NCBI GenBank assembly: GCA_964344305.1
Contig: CAYFMT010000002.1
Coordinates: 76,310-140,309, forward strand
Length of the DNA: 64,000 nucleotides
From: an uncultured bacterium
GTDB taxonomy: Bacteria > Fidelibacterota > Marinisomatia > Marinisomatales > JABMOV01
Direction: 5' to 3'
Shown: positions 38,131 through 48,800 of the stretch, one piece after another
How positions within the stretch are numbered: position 1 is the first letter of the stretch
Layout: each line of letters begins with the position of its first letter
The notes under the pieces: generated by a model
What the model was told of the DNA's origin: nothing
The model's input: only the letters and a program-made list of their open reading frames with translations
Database searches by the model: none
Made by a program: the position numbers and the translations under genes

Positions 38131-38131
38131 T

Positions 38132-39319
38132 TCATTTTTCCGTAAAAAGTGAATGAGAAGGTTCGATTGTTTCTAGTCTTTTTGCCGCTATTTGGGATGC
38201 GAGATAAATGAATAATCCTGCAATGAAGATAATCGCAATTGACGAACTAAATGTTAGTTCCACAGGCAAAACAGGGTGTAGATAGATATTAGTTGGCAAT
38301 TTTATCAATGAGTAGGATTCTTGAATCCACACAAGGGACACACCTAAAAAGAATCCTATCCCTGCCCCTGAACCACCAATTAAGAATCCCTGCCTGAGAA
38401 TAATCCGCTGGATCATTCGACGGTTGGCTCCCATGGCTCGCAACATGCCAAGTTCGCTGATTTTTTGTGTGGTAATAAGCACAAGGGTGGTTGAAAGATT
38501 GAAGGCCGCAACAATAATGATAAGACTCAGAATGATCATAGCACCAATTCTTTCCATTCGCATGGCATTGTAAAGAGCTTCATGCATTTCATCCCAGGTT
38601 TCGATTTTGTTCCCAAGACCATGCTTTAGTATTTTTGATTTAACAATGTCTGATTCTTTTGGATCAACCAGCCGCAGATCAAGTCCATCTTGATCAGGGT
38701 TTCGTTTATATAATTGTTTACCGGATTCCAGGGATATGAACACCATTTCGTCATCGAATTGGAGGACATCAGCAGAAAACACACCTTTCACGGTACATTG
38801 CATCATGGATGGGATGCCGAATAAACCCGGGGCATCAATTGGGTTAATCAAAGTTACCGTATCTCCCGCTCGCGCGTTTAACCTGGTTGCCAGTGTTTTA
38901 CCGATATAGACTGAATTATCATCAGAGGAACTATTATCAATATCGAGACCAATAGAATAAAATCTATCTAGCATATGAAGATCAATGGCCTTCAAGGTAA
39001 TAAGGCGAATAGAGTTACCCCGTCGTTTTATTAATCCTTTCCGCTCCATGAATTCACTGGTCATTTTGATACCTTCAATGTCATTTATGGTACGGATTTC
39101 ATTTGAAGATACGGTACCATGAATGCGGATATCGCTTTCAAAACCCCTGATTTTCTGTATAACCTGGGTTTCAAATCCCTGGAGAATAGATACGGATAGA
39201 ACCAGTGCAAAACACCCGACTCCCATACCCAGTATTGCAATCCAACCCGTAAATCGACTTGTACCGGCTCCTTTTCCACCCAATGCAAATCTTCTTGCGA
39301 TGTAGTGAGTCAACTTCAT
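38132..39319 (-). CDS. LolC/LolE-family lipoprotein-release permease
   Basis: 395 aa with FtsX-like topology: an N-terminal TM, a large periplasmic loop and three C-terminal TM helices (LRAMGA motif). It overlaps the upstream paralogue by 4 nt. Confidence 0.8.
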   Translation of the reverse strand: MKLTHYIARRFALGGKGAGTSRFTGWIAILGMGVGCFALVLSVSILQGFETQVIQKIRGFESDIRIHGTVSSNEIRTINDIEGIKMTSEFMERKGLIKRRGNSIRLITLKAIDLHMLDRFYSIGLDIDNSSSDDNSVYIGKTLATRLNARAGDTVTLINPIDAPGLFGIPSMMQCTVKGVFSADVLQFDDEMVFISLESGKQLYKRNPDQDGLDLRLVDPKESDIVKSKILKHGLGNKIETWDEMHEALYNAMRMERIGAMIILSLIIIVAAFNLSTTLVLITTQKISELGMLRAMGANRRMIQRIILRQGFLIGGSGAGIGFFLGVSLVWIQESYSLIKLPTNIYLHPVLPVELTFSSSIAIIFIAGLFIYLASQIAAKRLETIEPSHSLFTEK

Positions 39320-40518
39320 TCGTAGCGAATGGCATCAGAAGGTTGAATTGCAGCCGCTTTTCGTGCGGGGATCATGGATGCTACAGTGGATATCAGAATC
39401 CCGAGCAACAGGTGAACCAGTACAATTTTCCAATCCAGATGAAATGGTACATGGTCCATAAAATAAATATCCTCTGGTATGGATAAGAAATTCCATTGGG
39501 ACTGTAAAAAGATAATTCCCAGAGAAAGGATGATCCCGAGTGATGTTCCTGCCATTCCAATAATGATTCCATCAAGCATAAATACCTTCAGGATGGATTT
39601 TCTAGTCATACCCAAAGTCAGGAGAATACCGATCATGCGTAGTTTCTCTATAATAATCATGGTGATAGCACCAAATATATTTACAATCCCAACCAGTGCA
39701 ATTAGTCCGAAGAATATTAGGATCGGGAGTTTTTGCGTTGCCATCCACTGGAAAAGAATCTGGTGTTTTTCTATCCATGTCATTACATAATAAGGGTAAT
39801 GCAATGTATTGTCCAGATGTGCAATGATTGATGAAATGCTACCATGATCCGATAGAATCAGCTTTCTACCGGTGATGGAATCATCCATTTGAAACAATCC
39901 CTGGGCGTTTCCTAGGTCTATATAAACAACGGTTTTATCATATTCAAATAATCCAGAGTGAAAGAATCCCCTGATTGTAAAGGACCCAATTCGTGAAAAT
40001 GCACCTGGAATTCCCATGGCTTCAATATCCATCAATGCAATTTTGTCGCCAATGGTTACACCAAGGTTTTCCGCAAGCCTGTCCCCAAGGATCACCCAGT
40101 TTTCTGATTTATCCTCGGGGCGGTAATCAAACAAAGATCCCATGTGATGAATATGCGAAGAAGGAAGGGCATCTACAAGCACACCTTCCGTGACGATGCC
40201 CTTTCGAATAAGGGCTGGTTTCTGAAGGTAAGGAATAACCTGGAAATTGGCATTAATATCGGATAGGACTGAATCCAGAACGGCATCTGATTCTTTCATG
40301 GAAGATCCCATGAAATGTTCAATCCTAATATGCCCGTCAAATCCTGATATCTTCTCTGAAATTGTTTTCTCAAATCCATTTAGAATACTGAATGTAAGTA
40401 GGAGTGCTGTTATTCCGATTGCCATCCCTGCAATGGACAGAATCCCTGCAAGAGACGAAAAACTCTGAGTCTGTGGTGAACGTAGAAGACGGAATGCTAT
40501 ATCAGGAACAGTTTTCAT
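39316..40518 (-). CDS. LolC/LolE-family lipoprotein-release permease
   Basis: 400-aa paralogue of the previous gene (LLTLGMT motif) with the same topology. Confidence 0.8.
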   Translation of the reverse strand: MKTVPDIAFRLLRSPQTQSFSSLAGILSIAGMAIGITALLLTFSILNGFEKTISEKISGFDGHIRIEHFMGSSMKESDAVLDSVLSDINANFQVIPYLQKPALIRKGIVTEGVLVDALPSSHIHHMGSLFDYRPEDKSENWVILGDRLAENLGVTIGDKIALMDIEAMGIPGAFSRIGSFTIRGFFHSGLFEYDKTVVYIDLGNAQGLFQMDDSITGRKLILSDHGSISSIIAHLDNTLHYPYYVMTWIEKHQILFQWMATQKLPILIFFGLIALVGIVNIFGAITMIIIEKLRMIGILLTLGMTRKSILKVFMLDGIIIGMAGTSLGIILSLGIIFLQSQWNFLSIPEDIYFMDHVPFHLDWKIVLVHLLLGILISTVASMIPARKAAAIQPSDAIRYE

Positions 40519-40558
40519 CCAGGTCCCGGGTTAGAGTAACAATGATTTTCGCAGTAGC

Positions 40559-42049
40559 CTAATCCTGATTTCTCAAAGCAGGAAACAGAATGACATCCTT
40601 GATCCACCTGTTTTCTGTGAGGAGCATGACCAGGCGATCAACACCAATCCCGACGCCACCTGTTGGAGGCATACCGCATTCCATGGCTTGAAGGAAATTT
40701 TCATCAACCGGATGGGCTTCATCTTCACCTTCTTCAAGGAGTCGCTGTTGGTTTTCAAATCTCTCTCTTTGATCCACAGGATCATTCAATTCCGTAAATG
40801 CGTTGGCGAATTCAGCACCGCCAATAAACAACTCAAACCGTTCTACCAGGGATGGATCCCCGTTTCTGTGAGGTTTAGCAAGGGGTGATATTTCTTTAGG
40901 GTAATCCACCACAAATGTTGGTTGAACCAGGTTGGGTTCTACCAACCGTCTCATGAGTTCATCAAGGAGTTTTCCATAGTTTTTCTGTTCGGGTACGCTC
41001 AGGTTGTTATCCTTGCAAATTCTCACAAGATCATCAATGGCTGCATCACCCAGTTCTTCGCCAGTTGCATCCTTCAATAACTCCAGTATGGGTTTCTTTT
41101 CAAATGGTTTCGATAAATCGATATCCATATCACCCCAGGTGAGTTGACGTTTTCCAATGGATTCAGCTGCCGTTCGGATCATGTCTTCTACCAGGTCCAT
41201 CATGGAATAGATATCACCATAGGCTTCGTAAAATTCCAGCATGGTGAATTCAGGATTATGATTCCTGTCTATCCCCTCATTCCTGAAAATCTTCGACATC
41301 TCATACACTCGGTCAAATCCTCCAATAATGAGACGTTTCAAATACAGCTCATCTGCAATGCGCATATAAAATGTCTGATCCAGGGAATTATAGTGAGTTT
41401 TGAATGGACGAGCATTTGCTCCACCGTATAGCGGTTGCAATACAGGGGTTTCTACTTCGAGGTATCCCCTGTTATCAAGATAGGATCGCAAATGAGAGAT
41501 TATTTTTGCCCGATTGACAAATGTATGACGTACATCAGGATTTACAATCAAATCCAGATGCCTGTTTCTATACCGTTGTTCCTTATCACTGAACGCATCG
41601 AAAGTTTCCCCATCTTTTTCCTTAACAATTGGCAACGGTCGAATGCCTTTAGATAATACTGTTATCTTCTCTGCATGGATAGAGGTTTCTTCGGTTTTTG
41701 TTTTAAATACAAATCCTTCAATCCCAATATAATCCCCGATATCAAGCAATTTGAAATGTGTGTAACTATCCGTACCCACATCATCCCTGCGAACATAAGA
41801 CTGGATTTTTCCTTCTGAATCCTGGACATGACAAAAAGACGCTTTACCCATTTTTCTCATGGACATGATTCTACCGGCCACACGAACTGTTTTCCCTTTC
41901 AATTCCCCGTAGTTCTCATGGATATTTACACTTGAATGGGTGGGTGAATACACATGTGGATATGGATTGACGCCTGCTTCCCGCAATGAATTGAGTTTAT
42001 CCATTCGTGCCTGGATTAATTGCTGTAAACTTTGATGTTGTTCGTTCAT
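40559..42049 (-). CDS. lysS: Lysine--tRNA ligase, class II
   Basis: OB-fold N-domain and class II motifs (FRNEGID..., GGVGIGVDRLVMLL). 496 aa. Confidence 0.95.
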   Translation of the reverse strand: MNEQHQSLQQLIQARMDKLNSLREAGVNPYPHVYSPTHSSVNIHENYGELKGKTVRVAGRIMSMRKMGKASFCHVQDSEGKIQSYVRRDDVGTDSYTHFKLLDIGDYIGIEGFVFKTKTEETSIHAEKITVLSKGIRPLPIVKEKDGETFDAFSDKEQRYRNRHLDLIVNPDVRHTFVNRAKIISHLRSYLDNRGYLEVETPVLQPLYGGANARPFKTHYNSLDQTFYMRIADELYLKRLIIGGFDRVYEMSKIFRNEGIDRNHNPEFTMLEFYEAYGDIYSMMDLVEDMIRTAAESIGKRQLTWGDMDIDLSKPFEKKPILELLKDATGEELGDAAIDDLVRICKDNNLSVPEQKNYGKLLDELMRRLVEPNLVQPTFVVDYPKEISPLAKPHRNGDPSLVERFELFIGGAEFANAFTELNDPVDQRERFENQQRLLEEGEDEAHPVDENFLQAMECGMPPTGGVGIGVDRLVMLLTENRWIKDVILFPALRNQD

Positions 42050-43150
42050 ATGTTTGTCTTTATTTGTGATACGAGATATGCTCTAATAAAATTATCGATT
42101 TTCCCATCCATAACAGCCTGGACATTTCCCGTTTCTTCCGATGTGCGGTGATCTTTCACCATATTGTACGGATGAAATACATAGGAGCGAATCTGGCTTC
42201 CCCATGCAATATCCATTTTGGAATCTTCCAGGTCCTTTATGGCTTCTTTTTCCTTTTCTTTTTCCAGTTTAAGTAATCTGGATTTCAATACTTTCATGGC
42301 CTGTGCCTTGTTCTTATGCTGGGATCGCTCATTCTGACACTGGACCACAATCCCCGTGGGAAGATGAGTGATTCTAATGGCAGAATCGGTTTTATTCACA
42401 TGTTGTCCACCGGCACCACTGGCGCGATACGTATCGATTCGAAGATCATTTGGATCGATTTCAATTTCAATCTCTTCCCCTGCTTCGGGATAGACGAAAA
42501 CAGACACAAAGGACGTATGACGTCGGCTATTGGAATCAAAGGGTGAAATTCTAACAAGGCGATGAACACCAGCCTCTGCTTTTAGCAATCCATAAGCGTA
42601 TTCACCTTTCACTTCAATGGTCACATCTTTCAGTCCTGCTTCGTCGCCAGGTTGATAGTCCAGGATGGTGCTTTTAAATCCCTTTTGTTCAATCCATCTT
42701 GAATACATGCGATACAGCATTTCTGCCCAATCCTGGCTTTCAGTTCCACCGGCACCTGGATGTATGGTCAGAATCGCATCCTGTGCATCTTCTTCTTCAC
42801 CCAGTGTGAGTTGAAGTTCGACGTCAGAGATAATGGATTTGTATTCCTTGAATTCCTTTTCCACTTCCCTGGCATCTGCTTCACCGGCATCAGCAAATTC
42901 CAGCAGGACTTCCACATCCCCATGTCGTCTTTCGAGATCCTGCCACAGTTGAATCTCTTTCTCAAGCATGGATATTTTCTTCAGGATTCCTGATGCTTTC
43001 TGGTTGTCATTCCAGAAATCAGGTTCAGATGATTTTTGTCTTAAACCCTCTAGAGATTTTTCTTTATCTGACAGGTCAAAGATACCCCCGTAATTCGTGG
43101 TACTTCTGTTCCGTGGTATTGAACTGGTCTTTTATTTCAGGAATATCCAT
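42046..43150 (-). CDS. prfB: Peptide chain release factor 2, expressed through a programmed +1 frameshift
   Basis: The ORF track shows only residues from MLEKEIQ onward (SPF and GGQ motifs present). Hand translation from the ATG at 43148-43150 gives MDIPEIKDQFNTTEQKYHELRGYL then TGA. After a +1 shift it continues DLSDKEKSLEGLRQKSSEPDFWNDNQKASGILKKISMLEKE... Confidence 0.95.
43075..43091 (-). promoter_or_regulatory. RF2 autoregulatory +1 frameshift site
   Basis: The minus strand reads ACGGGGGTATCTTTGAC. This is the SD-like GGGGG, a 3-nt spacer, then CTT TGA C, matching the classical E. coli prfB site core. Confidence 0.9.
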
Positions 43151-43214
43151 CTTGGAATTTAAAAACGATCACAGATTGTAAGATGATTATATCAAAGTCA
43201 GTTGTTTATCAGAA

Positions 43215-43958
43215 TTAATGAGCCAATGCAGCCATGATACCAATGCCTAGTATCATGAAAAACAATTGGGCCAGGGATTTACGAATTTCATCATGATGGT
43301 GTAATTCAGGGATTAAATCCGAACCGGCGATGTAAATAAATCCACCTGCAGTCATTGGCAGTAGTGCATGGATGAATCCCTGGGCAGATTTTCCAATGAC
43401 AAGTGCAATGATAGCACCTATAATAGCGGTTAACCCGGTAAGTACATTGTATAAAAGGGCTCGTTTAACCGATAACCCGCCATGAATCAGAACACCGAAA
43501 TCACCAATTTCCTGTGGCAGTTCATGAAGAGCCACGGCAATGGTTGTTGCAATTCCAAGCTGAATATCTGCCTGAAACGCAACAGCGATTATGATCCCAT
43601 CAATAAAATTATGCATGGAATCCCCTACAAGGTTCATGGGGACCAGGTGTGATGTGTGTTCATGACATTCCACATCATGACAGTGTCTCCATCGTACAAA
43701 TTTTTCCAGAATGAAAAACAGCACTATTCCCAGTAGTAGGAAAATAGAGGTGAACATGGGATTGCTGTTTTCATCACGAAAAATCTCAGGCAACAGATGA
43801 ATAAAAGCTCCACCAAACAAACTTCCCACAGCGAAACTCACCAAAAGGTGCATCATACGATTCAAACGATCCCTGGACAAAGAAAGTGTGAATACACCAA
43901 TGATTGAAAGCATGCTTACTACCAGGACTGAAATGAGTGTATAAATCCAAATAGTCAT
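43215..43958 (-). CDS. zupT: ZIP-family divalent metal (zinc) transporter
   Basis: HELPQEIGDFGVLI signature, a His-rich loop (HCHDVECHEHTSH) and eight predicted TM helices. 247 aa. Confidence 0.8.
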   Translation of the reverse strand: MTIWIYTLISVLVVSMLSIIGVFTLSLSRDRLNRMMHLLVSFAVGSLFGGAFIHLLPEIFRDENSNPMFTSIFLLLGIVLFFILEKFVRWRHCHDVECHEHTSHLVPMNLVGDSMHNFIDGIIIAVAFQADIQLGIATTIAVALHELPQEIGDFGVLIHGGLSVKRALLYNVLTGLTAIIGAIIALVIGKSAQGFIHALLPMTAGGFIYIAGSDLIPELHHHDEIRKSLAQLFFMILGIGIMAALAH

Positions 43959-44023
43959 GGGTGAAGTTCTGGGCTTAGGAATCTTGTAATCAAGAAAGAT
44001 TCAAGGAAAAACAAATAAAAGGC

Positions 44024-44830
44024 TTACTCCACCTCGAAAAATCCCCAGTCGGATTCTCCACTGGCTTCATCCAGATTTGTTGCATTGTCTACTTCTGAAA
44101 TGGCTTTTACTTTCCATCTGTAGTCACCAGGTTCAGGAAATGAGTCACTACCAATCACTGACAGTATGTTGGATGGCTGATTGCTCCCAGCTGGGAAAAA
44201 TGGAAAGGGAATCGGTGATTCATTCTCATATCCATACCATTGATTGGTAAATCGACAGATCCAGTAGGGTTCGTAATGATTGTCCACATTTTTTTCCATA
44301 CGGATAACATATTCCGTTGAGTAGGTAAAATGTGCTGCAAGGTCCATCCAGGTGAATGTGAACTGGCTCGAAACAGATTCATCGATGGGAGATTCCAGTC
44401 TGGGAGCCCGAAGCAGCTTGTATGTCACAGTGTCTGAAGGTGGGCTGTCATTTCCCGCAATGTCATTGGCTCGGATGAAATAAAAATAGTCTACATAGGG
44501 TATCACCTCATCAAAGAACACCGTATCCAACCCCACATGCTGAATAAGATCAATGGTGTGGTGATTTTCAAAGGAATTGTCGATGGTTGTATCTGCACGA
44601 TAGATGGTGTATCCGGCTAAATCTGTATCAGTATTGGGATGCCACATAAGTACGATCCGATTGCGATTTTCAGCATCGATACCCAACTCCATCGAGGATT
44701 CAGGAAGCGTTTTATTCACCCACACAGGTGTTTCTGGTGGGTATGGATCTTCCACAGGATCCGGACAACCGATGAAAATAATTCCTGATGCCACAAGGAT
44801 CCATTTAGCTGCACTATAGTTCAAAATCAC
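44024..44830 (-). CDS. Hypothetical lipoprotein with an FN3-like segment
   Basis: Lipobox FIGC. LAGYTIYRA...DIAGNDSPPSD resembles a fibronectin type III repeat. Last gene of the PorU-like cluster. Confidence 0.35.
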   Translation of the reverse strand: MILNYSAAKWILVASGIIFIGCPDPVEDPYPPETPVWVNKTLPESSMELGIDAENRNRIVLMWHPNTDTDLAGYTIYRADTTIDNSFENHHTIDLIQHVGLDTVFFDEVIPYVDYFYFIRANDIAGNDSPPSDTVTYKLLRAPRLESPIDESVSSQFTFTWMDLAAHFTYSTEYVIRMEKNVDNHYEPYWICRFTNQWYGYENESPIPFPFFPAGSNQPSNILSVIGSDSFPEPGDYRWKVKAISEVDNATNLDEASGESDWGFFEVE

Positions 44831-45812
44831 ACCCCAAACGATGGACCATTCCCAGTGGATGTTCCGCCATACCGTATCCTATTGTCCCCGGAAACAGGAT
44901 CCCATTTAAATGTATATTGATATTTCCATGAATAGTTTCTGCCCTGTACCCGGCCTGGATGGAAAGTCGCGACCTTACCATAACTTCCATGGCCATATTC
45001 ATGTCATTTTTATATAGTGAATTCGTCTGGTTGAAAAACCTGATTTTTGTATCAATCTTTTTAATGGACTGTTCATACCTGCAACCGTATACAAAATGCA
45101 TGGGTATGAGATCCTGACGTTTTGTGTTCCAGAAAATTCTCGTACCAAACAGGTGTTTTACTGTCAGTCCAAACGCCAGTTCACCCATCCAGTCAAAAAA
45201 GAAAATCTTATTTAAATCCGTTGATACCATTGTACCAATATCCATCCCGATTCCAGATCCCTGAATATCATGGAGGTTTTTATGCATTAGATGGATATTG
45301 ACACCCACAGGGATTCTCAGCGGAATAACATCGATCTGCCATCCCAGATCCAGGTCATACGGGATGGTTTTTGATGCGTTGACCGTCACGGATGATTCTA
45401 AATCGGAAAACGATTTAAAACCCTGATTAAGCAAGGTGCGGATCGAGTCCCGACGGGTTTCCAGATCGGTGATGGGACGAAGATCAGGTCGTTCAAGAAG
45501 ATTATCAATATAAATACCCAAACCATGAAGACCAATTCTCCAACTGTTTTCCATGGATTTTTGAATACCAAAGGATCCATATTCGGCCATTCCAAACTGG
45601 TTGATATATTGTGCATATCCTGATAAACCTGACCCCAATGATGTTGATGATGGATTGACCAAATATGATGCATCGTATCCCGGATCCGCCACCACAGCCT
45701 GGGCCAATCCGGCCATTCTAGACGAAGTCCCCAGGGATTGGAACGCATCAGCGAATCCGTGCTGACTGAGTAGATAAGCATTGAGGAGAATGAAGGTTAT
45801 CGCCAATCTCAT
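44814..45812 (-). CDS. Outer-membrane beta-barrel, PorV/PorQ-family-like (tentative)
   Basis: Signal peptide and N-terminal SSRMAGLAQAVVADPGYDASYLVNPSS, which resembles the PorV/PorQ-type opening motif. Alternating beta-strand pattern. It overlaps the stop of the C25 peptidase gene by 4 nt. Confidence 0.4.
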   Translation of the reverse strand: MRLAITFILLNAYLLSQHGFADAFQSLGTSSRMAGLAQAVVADPGYDASYLVNPSSTSLGSGLSGYAQYINQFGMAEYGSFGIQKSMENSWRIGLHGLGIYIDNLLERPDLRPITDLETRRDSIRTLLNQGFKSFSDLESSVTVNASKTIPYDLDLGWQIDVIPLRIPVGVNIHLMHKNLHDIQGSGIGMDIGTMVSTDLNKIFFFDWMGELAFGLTVKHLFGTRIFWNTKRQDLIPMHFVYGCRYEQSIKKIDTKIRFFNQTNSLYKNDMNMAMEVMVRSRLSIQAGYRAETIHGNINIHLNGILFPGTIGYGMAEHPLGMVHRLGCDFEL

Positions 45813-48800
45813 CGGGCCTTCACTACCTTCCCTTTGGACTCAAGTGATTGTTTATTCTTTTTTACCTTCATTAAATAGAAATACACACCGTTGGCAACAT
45901 AATCGCCTTCATCGGTTTTCCCATCCCATATGATTTCATGAAAAGCGCCAATTCGAGGATCAAGAGCAGTGAGTGTTGATGATTCGTCAAATCGACGGAT
46001 CCGTCTCCCATCCAAGGAGAAAATCGATAAATCAAATTCATCAACACTTTCTGTTAACTCGTAGGCAAACCGTGTTAGATCCGTAAAAGGGTTGGGATAG
46101 TTGCCGTAGTCTATCAACTTCAATTCCTCACTTACAATGAAGGATAGATTAAGTGTGTCAGACGGATTCCCGGCAATATCATGGACAAGTATTGCGAGAC
46201 TGGAATTTTCATGAGAAAGCGATGGCTGAAGATTTATGGATAAGGATCCATTGTTTGAAGATTTCTGGGAGACGATACCATCTGACTGTCGAAGACCATC
46301 CAACCAGACGATGGTATTATTATTGGTAGGATCAACACCATTTTCATCCGTGGCGATGATGGATAATGTTGGGGTCGATCCCACATAGCTGTTTTGCAGA
46401 AACCTCTGACCATTGACAGATGCTTCCAGGGATGGTTTCTGAGTATCATTAATTGAGAACAATCCCCATTTACCCGATTGATTGTGTTCAAATGAAACGC
46501 TTGTATCGGTTCGGACATAATCGTTCGGTATCCATAATTGATACTCTTCATTCCAAAAATACAATTCACCATGTGACGGAATTGAATCCAGGTACCAATG
46601 ACCAGAAAATGTTATATCATCTATCCCTGAAATCGAAATGGCCTCATCAACAACAGCTGTGAGTCCGGGTTGGTGTTCATGTCCTGCAGCATTTCCCATT
46701 TTGATTGACAGAATACCAGGGTTTTGAACGGTGTTGGGTAATATGTCGAATGTGGTATTGAAATAATTTACCTTGCTATGTGAAACCAAATCCTCAGTGG
46801 ATCCCAGTTCAGGTGTAACCCAGAATGCATTTGGTTCTATCGAAGCCGTCAGCGTGTCATTTCTGGTATACGATTCCGGATCATCTGCTATGGCAATGAG
46901 ACGCAGATGATTGATTCCTGAGGGTAAAAGCACTGGTACAAAATATGCATCAATTCCTTTTCCATTTGTGGTGATGGGTTTCTCTACTAGTAATTGCCAC
47001 GTGCTCTCAACTTTCTTTTCAATTATTAACTGTCCGGACCCACTTTCATGGATGCCATTTTCTATCCTTGCTTTCAGGTAGATACTATCGCCATAGAAAA
47101 AGGACAATTCTTCAGGGTGTATATCAATAACCTGTTTGACTCTCACCTGTTTTGTTGTACTCCAAGAAATGGCGTTTTGTGTATCCACAGCTTCTACTCG
47201 CAGGTTGTAAGTCCCCCCTGAAACCGTGAGCAAAAGAGGTGTCTCCAGAATGTACTCATCCCCAGTTGTGTTTACGAAATATCGTTCTTTTACATTGTTT
47301 ACCCAGAGGAATAAAGAATCGATTCCATGTCTATCAATTGCTTCAATTGTGATGTCTATGCTGTCACTTCTCGATGGACGTTCAGGAGAAATACTTACCC
47401 AGTGGATGGTGGTCCCGGATATATTTACGGGTAGTGAATTGGATTTCCATTCCTCATTCTCCTTTCCCATTACATTCATAGTATAGACACCAGGATCTAT
47501 GGAATCGGGGAGCGTGTAATTGGTGGAATTCAATGGATGGGGGTATTTCTGTCCCGGATAATAATCGCTGTTATACAACTGAAATTGGAGTGAATCTGCG
47601 GTAGAGACAACTTCCACTTCTTCTCCCGGTTCAGGATCACCGGGCGAGATCTGCGCATCTAACTCCAGTCCCCTATGAAAGACCAGGGCAGGATCACCTG
47701 AAAGATTAAATTGGTATATCTGGGAAATGGCGTGGTTTGGAAATGTTGAGTTTGTAGCAAGGTACTCAATTTTTCCCTGATTTATAATGTCTCCCAGGGA
47801 TAAATCGTTCCTGGCGAACAGACGCTGATGTAAGGGTTGCAGCAGAAGGAAATCATTAATGATCCAACCAACTCCTGCACTTCCAAACCAACCCACAGCA
47901 CCTGCATTTTCTTTTGCGAGCATAAGTCGACCAAGCGCATCAGGATTCGTTACATCACCTGAAAAACATGTCATACTGGTTACAATGGGGTATTTTCCAG
48001 GGTTTTCAATCAGATCCACATCATCCCCGTGCAACAAGGACCGATCAGCCCAGACTGCACCACCGCCATGACCCAGGAAGTTTATATAGGAGACACCACG
48101 GTTTAAATAATGTACCAGCGTGTCCGTTGAACCATAAAAGTCTCCACCCTCAGAATACTGGTCAATGTATAAACGCAAAGGAAAGAAGCCCTGATGGATT
48201 TCCTGAGGAATAAGCATTTCTGACTGATTTTTAAACGTCTCTTCATAACCACCAATGTTAAGCACTTCCCAATTCCAGTTTCTGTAACTGCTTTCACTGT
48301 GCTCCAGCGTTTTGGAGACCATTGTTTCCAGCTCCTGTTTACCAGAGACAGAAAAACGTCCTATGGCAAATTCAGGGATATGATCATCCCCCTGCACCGT
48401 AGTATACCAGAAATCAGAAGACACAGCTCCAAATCCAAGTGTTTGTATGCGCATGGATGGAATAAAGTCCTGTCGATAATAGGATGTACCATGCCATCCC
48501 ATCCATTTTCCCTGCATCGCCAGCAATACATGAGTCTGGGGTTGATCCCAATTCTGGTAGGTCCAGGAAAAAAATTCTTTAATGGCATAAGGACTCGTAA
48601 CACCATTTGTAAACCACCGGTAAATATGATCCACATTTACCATAGTGGCATTTCGATATTCCCTAAGGGGTTCGATGGATACAAAAAATGAGTCAGGAGA
48701 TACTATGACATAGTCCGATTCAGGGATAGATTGTATATTGGGTAACGGTGACTCCAACCGAATTCGACGGGGAGACCGCAAACGGTCCTCGGTAAATGCA

